NCBI GenBank assembly: GCA_020184695.1
Contig: JAANOX010000254.1
Coordinates: 1 to 64,000, forward strand
Origin: Histomonas meleagridis 2922-C6/04-290x
Lineage: Eukaryota; Protista; Parabasalia
DNA: 64,000 bases
Reading direction: 5' to 3'
Positions 23,201 through 32,231 of the stretch are shown here, in pieces (within the stretch, counting starts at the first letter, position 1; the number at the start of each line of letters is the position of its first letter). The position numbers and the translations under genes were made by a program. The notes under the pieces are model-generated. The model was not told the DNA's origin and did not search any database. It was given only the letters and a program-made list of their open reading frames with translations.

Positions 23201-23973
23201 AATCCATTTGTAATGTCGACCGAAAAATTATTGATTATAAATTATTAAATATGATTAATTTACCAAAACAATTTATTTCGGATGTGAATCCGAAATGTTT
23301 AGCTATTTCGTCGCATTTGTTCTTAGTATGCGAAGGAATTGGTTCCGATTTGTTCTGTTTTCATGTTTCAACTGGTCGATTTATTCGTAAAATTATGTTT
23401 AATAATGAGCTGAAATTCGTGTTAATTAATGATTCGTATCAAGTAATATTTGGTGTTGGTGAGAATTTCATTGAAGTATTCACTATAAATGGAACAAAAA
23501 TAGCTTCTGAATTGGAATTGGATGATCAGATAACCGCCGCATCGTTGGCGGTTAACGATAACGAAGTTTATTTGACAACTGGACACAAAAGTGGCAAAGT
23601 TCGTTTTTGGATTGTCGATACTGAAAATGAAAAACTTTTAGTTACTAGAACTATTGACATTAAAGAAAATGAGGAAATTTGGAATTTGGAGGTGTTAAAT
23701 AGTGGAAGCGCTTTATTTGTTATCACAAAAAATAGTAATGCTTATGTTATTACTGCAAGAGGTATTGCAAAACAAATAATTGCGAAAGAAGCGGTGCTGA
23801 GTTGCGCTGGATGTGGAAAAGGTGGTAATTTTAATAATATTTGTCAAAGCTGTTCGTTATTCTTTTGTGATAATTGTTGTAGGAAAGTTGATAACGTAAA
23901 TAAGGATATCTGCATGTGCAAGAAATGCTTGGAAAGAATTTCGGAATGCTCCGGAACAATTGACGAATTTTGA
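17209..23973 (+). CDS. BEACH-domain protein (PH-BEACH-WD40) with C-terminal Cys-rich zinc finger
   Basis: BEACH motifs YLLILNFFSDRSFSNTSQYPVMPWV, YGSLYSS, ERLF, EELIPELF, WIDLIFGY, FGQVPTQLFITPHP; WD40-like repeats; four CxxC pairs at the C-terminus. Confidence 0.92.
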   Translation: MRALFGGSKEYEDFEKSSKELQQLLNSNNFHAVKEKVIECSRLFLQHFSGMSPSDIHRAPIKNEARVFLDGLLNVLIHLFEDQTENQDLMNCLILTMGFLQPKKDINTKLIRFLNSLINLKNDDFFLIALPVIDELTNNKPFLSYLSSDNNICSIWSSWPTKTKNCSNFIREILCKSISKNKSLNEKSYNFFIDFSIKTISTSNSDMLYFLTFFYKTLGKCEFYFENITKITAAIDRTGSGESLYNLCTIKSIKKETVSDIIQNFLISRNTNILENIILLLSVIPDLDVSIDIFFARISQLSKETQEIFLNLILKQPMPLKSEYLNFLFPPWRIGIDCKILSKFIKKYFIDGEKYLDLTLMNIDENELVEKIDSVEFLADLIFDLFEKTDPFTLNPKYIEKIIRLVSIGSKNSIVILENCFTLFPPIVYKEAFIKNINNLSTNKTFTNYLPYLIPEVPTLSKELLVPEFINWCLNEHQYDTLIVLAMNGPYPIIDKCIIEFNDFSNLTQKQIINLIYAQKINSNDQNIEKHKLIRIPSLTNYVEEIELPTLFDLYSVSSYLIDNELLSIDNNKFVRYGIQYLSSSLANKVIDNSELLYKLTNIEHIHFDVFQFQNLTEDSFIYFNLPFSFDFKVENISNKPTIICEFKNQKLYTINNSLIFDNKSFEIDPKIWNKISFKLNTSSNKKIYQIFINKKLIHSFGIEEQNKYLIGSSNETPKTTFYINIHSKEENLQQIGPGILKVIYKGIIYYSPFINGIPRIMNNILNSKTEIEFQNYFFSLINISKIKKTNLNSYLRIFMIHKNEFVTKTFIVKLLETIKDNYNDLFELFINYDLCYKLDENIINQVFPLIHCIISCDQKAKEISLKKYSLPYFLMDLLRLKQYNNDLMFNLINLYIEPTTNFLVSIMSSNSPEYISYTIPHLTSLKFPLENIVLLDSEMFLEYLNYYSLECVDNKDLFNPNSFLEITPSLIPIVNNEILWISLFILLVNHKEEKIRDFANYVIIREQIVKTIFLLIPFLFKSNNDSLYQDVVFTFYSLLQINDFKLIDYSKEIQNLLRIGYYSRNETIETFYYDTYKPKREEIKEVQQIHSYKNIDLNNDFVHRYFLSNNLFFDVGSSVTFEQEFLKTINDITYQKIPEQTIPTLEELKLMLENEKYNFILLISSYYLAQLKQENKFNIFTFGFDNFSNLTIPIHQYCILNYIQNNGINETLLTYLKDVIIIGWWDNNLFDLFKNICDKLPQNFDNLSNNFIVKLSKVFCLIFGLTNDFSQYNNYYNIIFHPKLLNISKYYLFIYSLNKEFNLIDNINYNSNNEIDENYYNKYLNKQTIKLKKVQEKINKIRFSNNMYDFIILNYLRNNIKTKLFNEIEQFSFKNRYNILSIYNERSSYKIWKNLPQKIPTQFQVPTSVHPVSVPTLYVPFISNENVETFNTYGKYIEKINSFGAKIANPPPNIMEFSRNYFFDTTPQILNILFQKRFFEIESYTPIQLIFSVETIDCILAKNKTSYFIITNAKLYDKDLFCFIDDDTRNLVINSTFLDYCSSKYYGENMLFFGHPILYFNSNEITISTIRQFCHVQQCIEIWFESGYSLLLIFNNIDDLSHYETLFKPTTYLPYSKSNFSLSFSYGLTTLVKNKQNLIPFQKKWISNRLSSFAYLLILNFFSDRSFSNTSQYPVMPWVLPQRNLSLPMGQQDKERAQEFNEKYQSSYPNQHFYGSLYSSPAIIFHFMMRIQPFTNFHIDLQNGFDVAERLFYDIENEYLNASRDSSHNVEELIPELFMLPEIFINVNHAPIPELLNGNSISNCTLNHENNWITFIWKHRKQLDDTNQLEKWIDLIFGYCSRGQMAIEKFNLFYPSTYGIPPKELIDNEFAFNSMKRNFGQVPTQLFITPHPARDTIRHSRWPLLTNVDHYSIQNIKTFTTNESPSIVIYNGQTYGLQNVTHLFTKLLRNKNNFVIKDDFINWISDFNPRNFFVSSFSYDKYLFAGAFLCGSLFIFKSICNVDRKIIDYKLLNMINLPKQFISDVNPKCLAISSHLFLVCEGIGSDLFCFHVSTGRFIRKIMFNNELKFVLINDSYQVIFGVGENFIEVFTINGTKIASELELDDQITAASLAVNDNEVYLTTGHKSGKVRFWIVDTENEKLLVTRTIDIKENEEIWNLEVLNSGSALFVITKNSNAYVITARGIAKQIIAKEAVLSCAGCGKGGNFNNICQSCSLFFCDNCCRKVDNVNKDICMCKKCLERISECSGTIDEF

Positions 23974-24682
23974 GTTCTGGTTTTATTATTATTAGTATTA
24001 ATAAATTAATATTTTAAAATTATTTATGCTTTAAATCAATCAAAACATCTAAAAATGCAGTTACATTTCTACATATTATTATCTTGCTTATATTTCTTTT
24101 TAATATTATTAATATAACAATACACTATATTTATTTATTCCAGGTAATATGCTTTTTTTAAATTCTTCTGATGCATTAGATATAATGATATATTTTTCCC
24201 GTTAAAACAGTTTTATTGAAAAGCTATGTCTTTTTTCCTTCAATAATGCAATCACTTATGAAATGCCATGCAAAACATTTCAAAATTCATTAATCTTGGT
24301 TTTATTTTGTGATCTAATAATATAATTTCTAATACAGTATAATCTCACAAAGGTAGTCTTTAATCAAAAAATATATAAAATTATTATCAAAAAAATTTAT
24401 TTACTTTGATAAATTCTAATAGATATATCTATTTAATGTGCTTCCAAGTATGTCAATATCAAAAAGTCATTTGTTTATGTGTATAACTTTTGTAATATGG
24501 AAATTAAACTGTTTCATTTTCTAAACGATGATGCAACCCTTGAAATTATTATTAAATATGGAAGAAATACCTTAAGAACAATTTTTTGTTGAAGTTTTTT
24601 ATATATAATGCACATTATAATTTTGTATTTACATTTTGCTTTGTGAATATACTCGTTATAATGTATAAATAAAACAGATTCT

Positions 24683-24690
24683 TAACGGTC
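24683..24690 (+). promoter_or_regulatory. M3-like element TAACGGTC upstream of CFAP54-like gene
   Basis: 25 nt upstream of ATG 24715. Confidence 0.55.
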
Positions 24691-24714
24691 GTTTTGTACG
24701 TTGCCTAATTTCCA

Positions 24715-27700
24715 ATGAAGAAGAACAAAGAAGATGCTATGGAATCATTAAATACAATTATTAATAAAATTAATGAAATTTTTCATTATGATCCACAAAT
24801 TTTATTTAGTGATACGTTTGAACGTATTCAACAGCAATTAAATTATATCAAAGATCTTATTTCACAAGTAAATGAAGATGAACGTAATTATTGGATTGTT
24901 TACAATATAGTACAAAAGACTATTCCAATTATAAATAATATTATTTTTTCTGGGTACTCAGATCAAATTTTAGAATTCTTACTCACTATAAATTACAATG
25001 TATCCACCAATCTCATTTTATGTACATCTAGATATATTCCTTTTAGACTTAATTTTTTCACTATTGTTTGTTTTGCCATGGCAAATACAACAGATACACG
25101 CGAAAAGGATTGTGATCTTTTTGTTCAAACGTATAAAAATGAATTAATTCAGCTTAAACAACTTGAAGAATCTAATATTAATGGACTTGATGATTCAATA
25201 ATAACATGTGATAACTTAACAATAACATTAAAAGAATTATTTGAGAAGGCACTAATGATTGTACGACTTATGGCAGTTCATTTTTCAAATTCTGAAAGTG
25301 TTGATTTTGATCGAATTATTTCCACACCTAAAGGTAAGCGTAAAACAATAAAAACATCAAAAGACGAGTCAAGCCAACAAATATTTCCACTTGTTCCTCA
25401 ACATATCATTGAAATGATCATTAATTCATTTCATTCACCACTTCCTAAAAATGAATATAACACAAAGTATAGTGCCGTACTTCAACTTTGGACATATCCT
25501 GAATGTAATTTATCACCATTTCTTCTTCATCGTTTACTTTTTTCTTTTTTAAGAAGTGGTAAAATTAATGAACTTGAATCATTATCAACATCACTTCCGG
25601 ATGATTTAATTGTTAAATTATGTGAATATATATCAACTTCTGAATGGAATAAAGTATCTGAAGTATTATTACTTTTAACAAAAGATGATATATCAATTGA
25701 TTATCAATTTTTTAATGAAATTTCATTAAAAATTTGGAAACGTTATTCAATTGGAGAAATCAAAGATCCAAATGTCCTTAATGGTATATTACATATATTA
25801 ATTTTATTACCATTTTCTTGTCCAATATTAACATCACTTATAGCTCTTGAATATTGTTGGAATTTAGATTCGCTTGAGAAATATTATGAAATAATAAAAA
25901 TTTCGACAAATGTAATAGAAGTCATTGAGAAATATAGAGATATATTTGCATATAGGAAATTTACAAAAGTATTACCATCAACAGTAAATATTCCAAGTAA
26001 ACCAATTAATCAAAATTATCTATTATTTGAAAAATGGATACAATGTTTTCAAACTGATTTATATTTAATATTAATAAAATCTAAATTAAAACATGGATTA
26101 AAATTATATATCGAAGAAGCTAAAGTTGAGTTTCAAAAAGAAATGGAAAAAACTAAAATAGAATATGAAAAAACTAAACAATTATATGGAAGATTATCAA
26201 TTCAACAACAACAAAAATTTAATGAACTTCTTAAGCGAACGTTTAAGCCTCCGATACATTCAAAAAAAATCGAAAAAGAATTACTTGAAGAATTTAAATA
26301 TAATAAAGAAATTAAATCACTTGTTTATATTCAAATGTCATTTTTTAGACCAAAAAAAGCAAATATTTTACTTAATAAAGCAGTAAAATGTTTAACAGAA
26401 ATTGAACAACCAAATTCATCTGTTATATTTTCTAATCGACATGAAATTGCATTGATTTTTACACATTCAATATCAGATAATTCACTTAAATATGTATCTG
26501 TTTTTGGAAAAGAATCAATAGGAAATACAATTGGTATAACACTTTCTAATAATACATTAAATGGAACAGGAATTAAACAAGAAAAAGATGAACCATTTTT
26601 AATAAAAAATTTAAAACCAAATGTTACTTATGCATTTTCATTTGGTGTATTTGATTCACATGGAGATATTGTCGATAATTTGTCTGAACCTTTTCAAGTT
26701 ACTACATGTCATACACAATCACTTGAATTGATTTGGAGTTATATAGCTTCAGCTTCATATCAACTTAAAGATTTAAATTCATTTGATATTTCATTAACAA
26801 ATTTATTAAATCATTTTGTAGATATTAATAATATAACAAATGATCATATGTTTTATCAATATTTAAATCCTTTTGATAGGTTTATATTAAAAAATGAATT
26901 TATATTAGAGCCTGCACCAGTTTTAAGATCATTTGTTAATTCTTTATTAATGGCAGCAAGATTATTTAATGCTAAACCACTTCATGCTGCATCATTCCAA
27001 AAAATTGCATTAATAATTTCACAATCTATGAATAATAATGAATTAATATTAAAAGTTTGTAATGAAATGTTTATCATATTACAACCATTATTTTTAAATC
27101 TTTTAAATATAAGTTGGGTAATTCATCCATTATTATTTATAATTAATGCATTAAAATTAAATAAACAAACTTCTAAAGAAGAATTACATCAAAAGTTATT
27201 AGCAAAATGTTCATTTATACTTGAAAATATTTTATTAAAACTTTATCAAGAAAAACAATTAACAAATTTCATAGTAAATTCTGTTTTCGAATTACCTTTT
27301 AATCAATATCGAACATCATTTTTATTATTTGCATCTAAAAATCAAATATTAGATACAAATCCAAATGATAATACTTTACTTTTACATGTAGCAGAATTAT
27401 TTAGAACTTCGCCTGAAAAATCTTTTGATGATCTTTATAATAAATTTAAACAAGATCCGAATTTTCCGATTTGTTCTGTATATTTAGTATCTTCTGCTCA
27501 TAATACCGAATTATATATTCATGGAACTAATTGGGCTAATCAATCACTTGAACATATTAAATTTATATTACAAGAAAATGAAGAAAAAGTTTTAACTAAG
27601 AAACAACAATCAAGAAATTCATCGAAATTACAAAATAAGAAAAAACAATCACATAACTCAAAAAATATTAAAAAAGAACCTTCTAAAACTTCAAATGATG

Positions 27701-30700
27701 ATTTACAAGAATTATCAGCTATTAAAATACAAAACGTTTGGAATAAATATAAAACTAGAAAGAAAAATATTAATAAATTTTATAATTTAAATAAATATAG
27801 AGCGGCTTTAAACCTTTTAAATGCTATGTGTTTAATAGAATGTGAATCATTTTTTGCTCAAAGTAATCCATTAGAAACTACTCGACCTAAATCAGAAAAA
27901 AGATTAAGAGCATTACGGAATTCAAGAAATAATAAAGATAAAAAAATTCAAAACATTGAAGATACTTCAAAAAATATTGAACAATCTGAAGCTATAATGA
28001 TATCATTAATTAGAGCTATAGTATTAAGTGAAAGATCGAATGATATGATAACTTTAAATTCTTCAATTTCTATTATGAGTATATTCATTAAGGCTTTATT
28101 CCCTGGTAGTAATGGATTTAATAAACTTTCATCAACATTAACAACAATAATAAATATAATTATAAATTATATACCAATAAATAATTTGAATAATAAAATT
28201 ACTAAAGATTTAATTCTTGATTTATTGTTATTACAATTAAAAGATAATCAATTTGATAAAGTAAAAATTAATTTATTACAAATTTGTTTGAAATGTCCTT
28301 CATATAGTGAGTTTTCTTGGATTTTAGATGGAAACTCAGAAATTCCAAGTGAATTACTTAATATAATGAAAACTCAAAGAAAAGATTTTGCAGAAAATAA
28401 ATATTATGAAGGTGAATCCATATTATATAAATCCGAATTTAATAACACACCAATGTTTCCTAAAGAGCCATCGAATATAAATACACAAAATTTAATTAAA
28501 TCTATAAATGAAATAGTGATAAGTTTACAACATAAACAAAAACTTTCAATGAGTATTTCATTATTAACAAAACTTTCTTTTATACTCTTCCAAAGAAATG
28601 AAACACAAATTGCTATAAATAAACTTTGTGAAGCTTTAGAATGTCATTTTAAAATAGTTAAAGCGCATGAAAAAATTGATCAAATTTTATCAAATATAAC
28701 TGAAGAAGAATTTTATCAAATTCATTCATGGTCAGGTTGTTTATCAATATTTTTAATATCTTCATTAATTTCAATTTATGTTGAACCTAAACAATCAATG
28801 ATGTTAACAAAACTTTCTGCGTTTTCTCTTTCTTCTTTATTTTCTTCATCAATCTATCATCCTAAAAAGTCAATTGATTTTGCTGAATATGAACCAACAG
28901 AAGTTGTACCGGGAATTGATATATTTTCGGAATATGATATAAATCAACCATTACTTTCACCTCCTTCATCAGAATATATATCAATTTCTTTAATGAATTT
29001 ATTATCCTCTTTATATTCTTATGAAATGTATTTCGAAATGTTTAAACCTTTATCATTTGCAAGACATTTTTATAGGTTTATAGTTCGCGATAAAATTAAT
29101 TTAACTAAATGTAGATTAATGTCTACTTTACCTTGTATTAAATTTGGTATTATAAAGCCTATAATTAAACATTTAAATGACGTAATTAATTGTTATGGCT
29201 TTACTACTGCTACTAAAGAAATTAGACCTATAAATCAACAAAAAAGATTAATATTTGATTGTACACAACAAGCGAATTTTGGTGATAACTTTGAAACATT
29301 AAAAACTTTAATATTACCACAAACAATGAATTCTATTATACAAAATTATGATTTTATAATATATTGTGAATATATATTATGTGTTTCACAATTATATCAA
29401 ACAATTTCTTCTAATATTGATCCTTCTACTGAACAAATTGAACCACAAACTAATAGAACAGGTAATATTTCATCTCGAAATAAACATAATCGAAAACAAC
29501 ATCAACAACGAAGAGATAATTTAGATAATACATCAACCATTGATTTATTTGAATATTTTTTAAAGCAATCCGAAAATATATTAAATGATATATTAGCAAA
29601 AGATTTTACTAAAGAACAAATTAATATGAAATATGAATTACAAATAGAATTATCATTTGTTTATATGAAACAATGGAAATGGGAAGATTCGATTTCATTA
29701 ATATCCACAATAAAAAGAACAGAAATTCAAATATTTACAATACAAACTGGTTTTAATAATCAATTATTTTTAACATCAAAAGGAATTAATGATAAAATTT
29801 CATATGTTTTATCCAATTGTTTATATCAAATTCATGATCTTCAAACATCAATAAAATATTCGAATCCTTATCTTAAATCATTAATATATATAAATAAAGC
29901 TGATTTTAATAGTTCAATACAATTATTAATGCAAATAATATTACATCCGCCAATTACTAAATTTCATATCGAATATGTATTATCTATTGCACAACTTGTA
30001 ATGTTATATTGTTATGATAAACAATTAATAGAAATAAGTTTACAAAAAATTCCACAAAATGAAAAAGATAAATTCCAACCAATAAATTTAATCCGAAATA
30101 TAATAAATGAAACATTTAATTTTTATATTGAAGAACTTGGACTTTATAAAGAACATTCATATTATATATTAAATACATTTTTACTTATACGACTTAAACA
30201 TTTAGAAGCTATAACAATATTAAACTTTAATGATAATAATGAAAATCCAATTAACATAATAAATGAAACATTAGATTTAATGAATAAAATTTGTCCTTAT
30301 AATTCACATGGAATTTCGTTTTTACTTAACACAACTAAATCTCGAATACAAATTCAAGATTTTGTTTCATCACATCCAACATTAATACAATTTTGGAATC
30401 AAGATATTAATCCATTAAATTCCAAAATTAGTTTTTCGCCTGATTTTATTGATGATTCGATAAAATCATTAAATTTAATATTTAAGCAATCGCCTGATTG
30501 TATTATAAATCCAATTAGTATACAATGTATTTTAGATTATTCATATTTAATTGGATTTATTTCTAATGAAGATGGAAAAAGAAGTGAAAATTCTTTAATA
30601 ATATTAAACTTCGTATATATAATTAAATCATCGAAACGATTTGTTCAATCATTAATTTCACAAAATAATAATGAAAATACAAATAATTGTTCGAAGTTAT

Positions 30701-31650
30701 TATTAAATGATAATAAAAACCAAAGTTTAAGAGGAATTGCTTCTTCTTATTATACACATGTTTGTTCATTAGATTTACCGATATTTAATACTGAAATATC
30801 TGAGTTAAGAACACAATTATTTTATAAATGTTTCGAAGAACAATGTTCTTCATTTAAGTTACAACAAAACTTTGATCAAAACTCTTTCGAAGTTGGTCAA
30901 ATTGTTGGACAATGGTATAAAATTGATAATATGAGAAATGTATTTAATAATAATAAAAATGAAATTGATGGAAAATCATTTGCATCGAAATCATATTATT
31001 CAACTAAAACATTTACTACAATTTCATCAAATATATCAACAAATGCACAAAATAAAACAAATATACCAAAAGGTGTTTTATATTTTTTCATTGGTATAGT
31101 CACAGGTTCAAATGTTGAACCAATCAAACGAAAATCCGCAAAAAGTTTACAAAATGTTTCAACAATTTTTACTCCGATAATAATCGCTGCGCAATTAAAT
31201 GATATTAAATCATTAAATAATCAAATGTCTGAAGTCGGAATAGAAATTGAAGAAGCAAATAAAATGAATCAGTCGGAAATTGTTAACTCGCAAATGAAAG
31301 AATTAAATGAAAATTCACATCAAAAAAGAAGAAATAGTACAAAAAATAAAAACTCCGAATCACAAACAAATGTTCCGTTGTTACATAACCAAAAAAAAGA
31401 TACAATGTTCGAGGCTGAAATAAAATGGAATGTGGCAATACATAAATTCGAAGATTTGTTGAATAAATCAAATAAAATAATGGGTGCACTGGTGGAAAAT
31501 AGATGGCCAAATGTAATAAAAGTAGAGGGAATTGATATGGGAAATGCTTTGGCAATTTCGCACTTGCTGAACGTGCAATACGGAATTAATGAGAAAAATC
31601 AACAATTGGCTGAATTCCTTTCACAGAAATGTTCTGTAGCAAATAAATAA
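24715..31650 (+). CDS. CFAP54: cilia- and flagella-associated protein 54-like
   Basis: N-terminal YWIVYN...QILEFLL...LCTSRYIPFRLNFFTIVC recalls the CFAP54 N-terminal domain; FN3-like KNLKPNVTYAFSFGVFDSHG and IQ-like AIKIQNVWNKYKTRK; 2311 aa, alpha-solenoid character. Recognised from memory, not searched. Confidence 0.7.
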   Translation: MKKNKEDAMESLNTIINKINEIFHYDPQILFSDTFERIQQQLNYIKDLISQVNEDERNYWIVYNIVQKTIPIINNIIFSGYSDQILEFLLTINYNVSTNLILCTSRYIPFRLNFFTIVCFAMANTTDTREKDCDLFVQTYKNELIQLKQLEESNINGLDDSIITCDNLTITLKELFEKALMIVRLMAVHFSNSESVDFDRIISTPKGKRKTIKTSKDESSQQIFPLVPQHIIEMIINSFHSPLPKNEYNTKYSAVLQLWTYPECNLSPFLLHRLLFSFLRSGKINELESLSTSLPDDLIVKLCEYISTSEWNKVSEVLLLLTKDDISIDYQFFNEISLKIWKRYSIGEIKDPNVLNGILHILILLPFSCPILTSLIALEYCWNLDSLEKYYEIIKISTNVIEVIEKYRDIFAYRKFTKVLPSTVNIPSKPINQNYLLFEKWIQCFQTDLYLILIKSKLKHGLKLYIEEAKVEFQKEMEKTKIEYEKTKQLYGRLSIQQQQKFNELLKRTFKPPIHSKKIEKELLEEFKYNKEIKSLVYIQMSFFRPKKANILLNKAVKCLTEIEQPNSSVIFSNRHEIALIFTHSISDNSLKYVSVFGKESIGNTIGITLSNNTLNGTGIKQEKDEPFLIKNLKPNVTYAFSFGVFDSHGDIVDNLSEPFQVTTCHTQSLELIWSYIASASYQLKDLNSFDISLTNLLNHFVDINNITNDHMFYQYLNPFDRFILKNEFILEPAPVLRSFVNSLLMAARLFNAKPLHAASFQKIALIISQSMNNNELILKVCNEMFIILQPLFLNLLNISWVIHPLLFIINALKLNKQTSKEELHQKLLAKCSFILENILLKLYQEKQLTNFIVNSVFELPFNQYRTSFLLFASKNQILDTNPNDNTLLLHVAELFRTSPEKSFDDLYNKFKQDPNFPICSVYLVSSAHNTELYIHGTNWANQSLEHIKFILQENEEKVLTKKQQSRNSSKLQNKKKQSHNSKNIKKEPSKTSNDDLQELSAIKIQNVWNKYKTRKKNINKFYNLNKYRAALNLLNAMCLIECESFFAQSNPLETTRPKSEKRLRALRNSRNNKDKKIQNIEDTSKNIEQSEAIMISLIRAIVLSERSNDMITLNSSISIMSIFIKALFPGSNGFNKLSSTLTTIINIIINYIPINNLNNKITKDLILDLLLLQLKDNQFDKVKINLLQICLKCPSYSEFSWILDGNSEIPSELLNIMKTQRKDFAENKYYEGESILYKSEFNNTPMFPKEPSNINTQNLIKSINEIVISLQHKQKLSMSISLLTKLSFILFQRNETQIAINKLCEALECHFKIVKAHEKIDQILSNITEEEFYQIHSWSGCLSIFLISSLISIYVEPKQSMMLTKLSAFSLSSLFSSSIYHPKKSIDFAEYEPTEVVPGIDIFSEYDINQPLLSPPSSEYISISLMNLLSSLYSYEMYFEMFKPLSFARHFYRFIVRDKINLTKCRLMSTLPCIKFGIIKPIIKHLNDVINCYGFTTATKEIRPINQQKRLIFDCTQQANFGDNFETLKTLILPQTMNSIIQNYDFIIYCEYILCVSQLYQTISSNIDPSTEQIEPQTNRTGNISSRNKHNRKQHQQRRDNLDNTSTIDLFEYFLKQSENILNDILAKDFTKEQINMKYELQIELSFVYMKQWKWEDSISLISTIKRTEIQIFTIQTGFNNQLFLTSKGINDKISYVLSNCLYQIHDLQTSIKYSNPYLKSLIYINKADFNSSIQLLMQIILHPPITKFHIEYVLSIAQLVMLYCYDKQLIEISLQKIPQNEKDKFQPINLIRNIINETFNFYIEELGLYKEHSYYILNTFLLIRLKHLEAITILNFNDNNENPINIINETLDLMNKICPYNSHGISFLLNTTKSRIQIQDFVSSHPTLIQFWNQDINPLNSKISFSPDFIDDSIKSLNLIFKQSPDCIINPISIQCILDYSYLIGFISNEDGKRSENSLIILNFVYIIKSSKRFVQSLISQNNNENTNNCSKLLLNDNKNQSLRGIASSYYTHVCSLDLPIFNTEISELRTQLFYKCFEEQCSSFKLQQNFDQNSFEVGQIVGQWYKIDNMRNVFNNNKNEIDGKSFASKSYYSTKTFTTISSNISTNAQNKTNIPKGVLYFFIGIVTGSNVEPIKRKSAKSLQNVSTIFTPIIIAAQLNDIKSLNNQMSEVGIEIEEANKMNQSEIVNSQMKELNENSHQKRRNSTKNKNSESQTNVPLLHNQKKDTMFEAEIKWNVAIHKFEDLLNKSNKIMGALVENRWPNVIKVEGIDMGNALAISHLLNVQYGINEKNQQLAEFLSQKCSVANK

Positions 31651-32231
31651 ATAAATAAAATTTGTTTGAAGTTTATAATTTTATGTTGTATTTAGATACC
31701 AATTGCAAATATGAAAAGTTCTTACTATTAAGAAGCCCCAAAAAAAATTAATAATACTATCAAATACGAAAATGAAAGTTCTTTCTTCCTCGAGTTGGCC
31801 ACCTCTTTAATTTTGTTAAATTTTTCCATCATAAATGTTAATATTTTTATTTTGGATGAAAATCAAAACAAAAATTAGGTAAATAATAATTTATTTATGT
31901 ATCACAAAGATTCATTCTTTAATTCTTTCTTTTCTTTCAATGCTGTATTTTGATCTTTCCCTTCATAAAGTTAAATTTACTTAAAAAAATTCATTTGTAT
32001 TCCAATAGTAATCATCATATATGTTCTTATTTTAAAATTCTTTAATTTTAAGACAATTTCTCTTTGTTAATAATGATTTTTCTCAAATTATCAATTACAA
32101 TTAAAAATCACACAAATTCTATAAGTGATCATAATAATGTTTCAAAAATTCAAGCATACAAACACCATTTTATTTTTAAAAAATTATAAACAGTTTTACA
32201 TTAAACCAAACATTTCATTTATTACATATAT

